This document shows positions 32,975 to 32,988 of a DNA stretch of 32,988 nt, piece after piece. The notes under the pieces are model-generated. The model saw nothing but the letters and a program-made list of their open reading frames with translations. It did no database searches and was not told the DNA's origin. The stretch covers positions 7,891 through 40,878 of the forward strand of contig NW_025214255.1 in NCBI RefSeq assembly GCF_004010195.1. The letters run 5' to 3'. The first letter of the stretch is position 1. The number at the start of each line of letters is the position of its first letter. The translations under genes were made by a program, and so were the position numbers. This DNA is from Chiloscyllium plagiosum. Its lineage: Eukaryota.

Positions 32975-32988
32975 GTTCACTTTCTGTT

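Overview
Repeat-dominated vertebrate DNA, most likely from a cartilaginous fish (shark). The organism is inferred from HE1-type tRNA SINEs, a SacSINE1/DeuSINE-like remnant, the CR1 families present and a two-exon GPR139/142-like GPCR. I find no intact protein-coding gene. The window holds: (i) a minus-strand GPR139-like pseudogene (exon 1 10780-10849, exon 2 6350-7089) with a TM3 deletion plus frameshift, a nonsense codon, a ~620-bp tandem duplication of its 3' half, and a decayed two-gene Harbinger transposon in its intron; (ii) many nested CR1 LINE copies plus two other LINE families; (iii) Penelope-like element fragments whose tails carry minimal type I hammerhead ribozyme motifs, one with an intact-looking core at 158-193; (iv) a decayed class I (gamma/epsilon-like) endogenous retrovirus with pol, gamma-type env, PPT and 3' LTR (26307-30405, minus); (v) an unrelated LTR + tRNA-Pro PBS + gag start at the right end; (vi) simple repeats and three N gaps. 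All family calls come from motifs recognised by eye, and boundaries are approximate unless a TSD or splice site is cited. I see no convincing novel biological system. The best leads are the hammerhead-bearing short insertions, the env-bearing ERV and the decay history of the GPCR locus.
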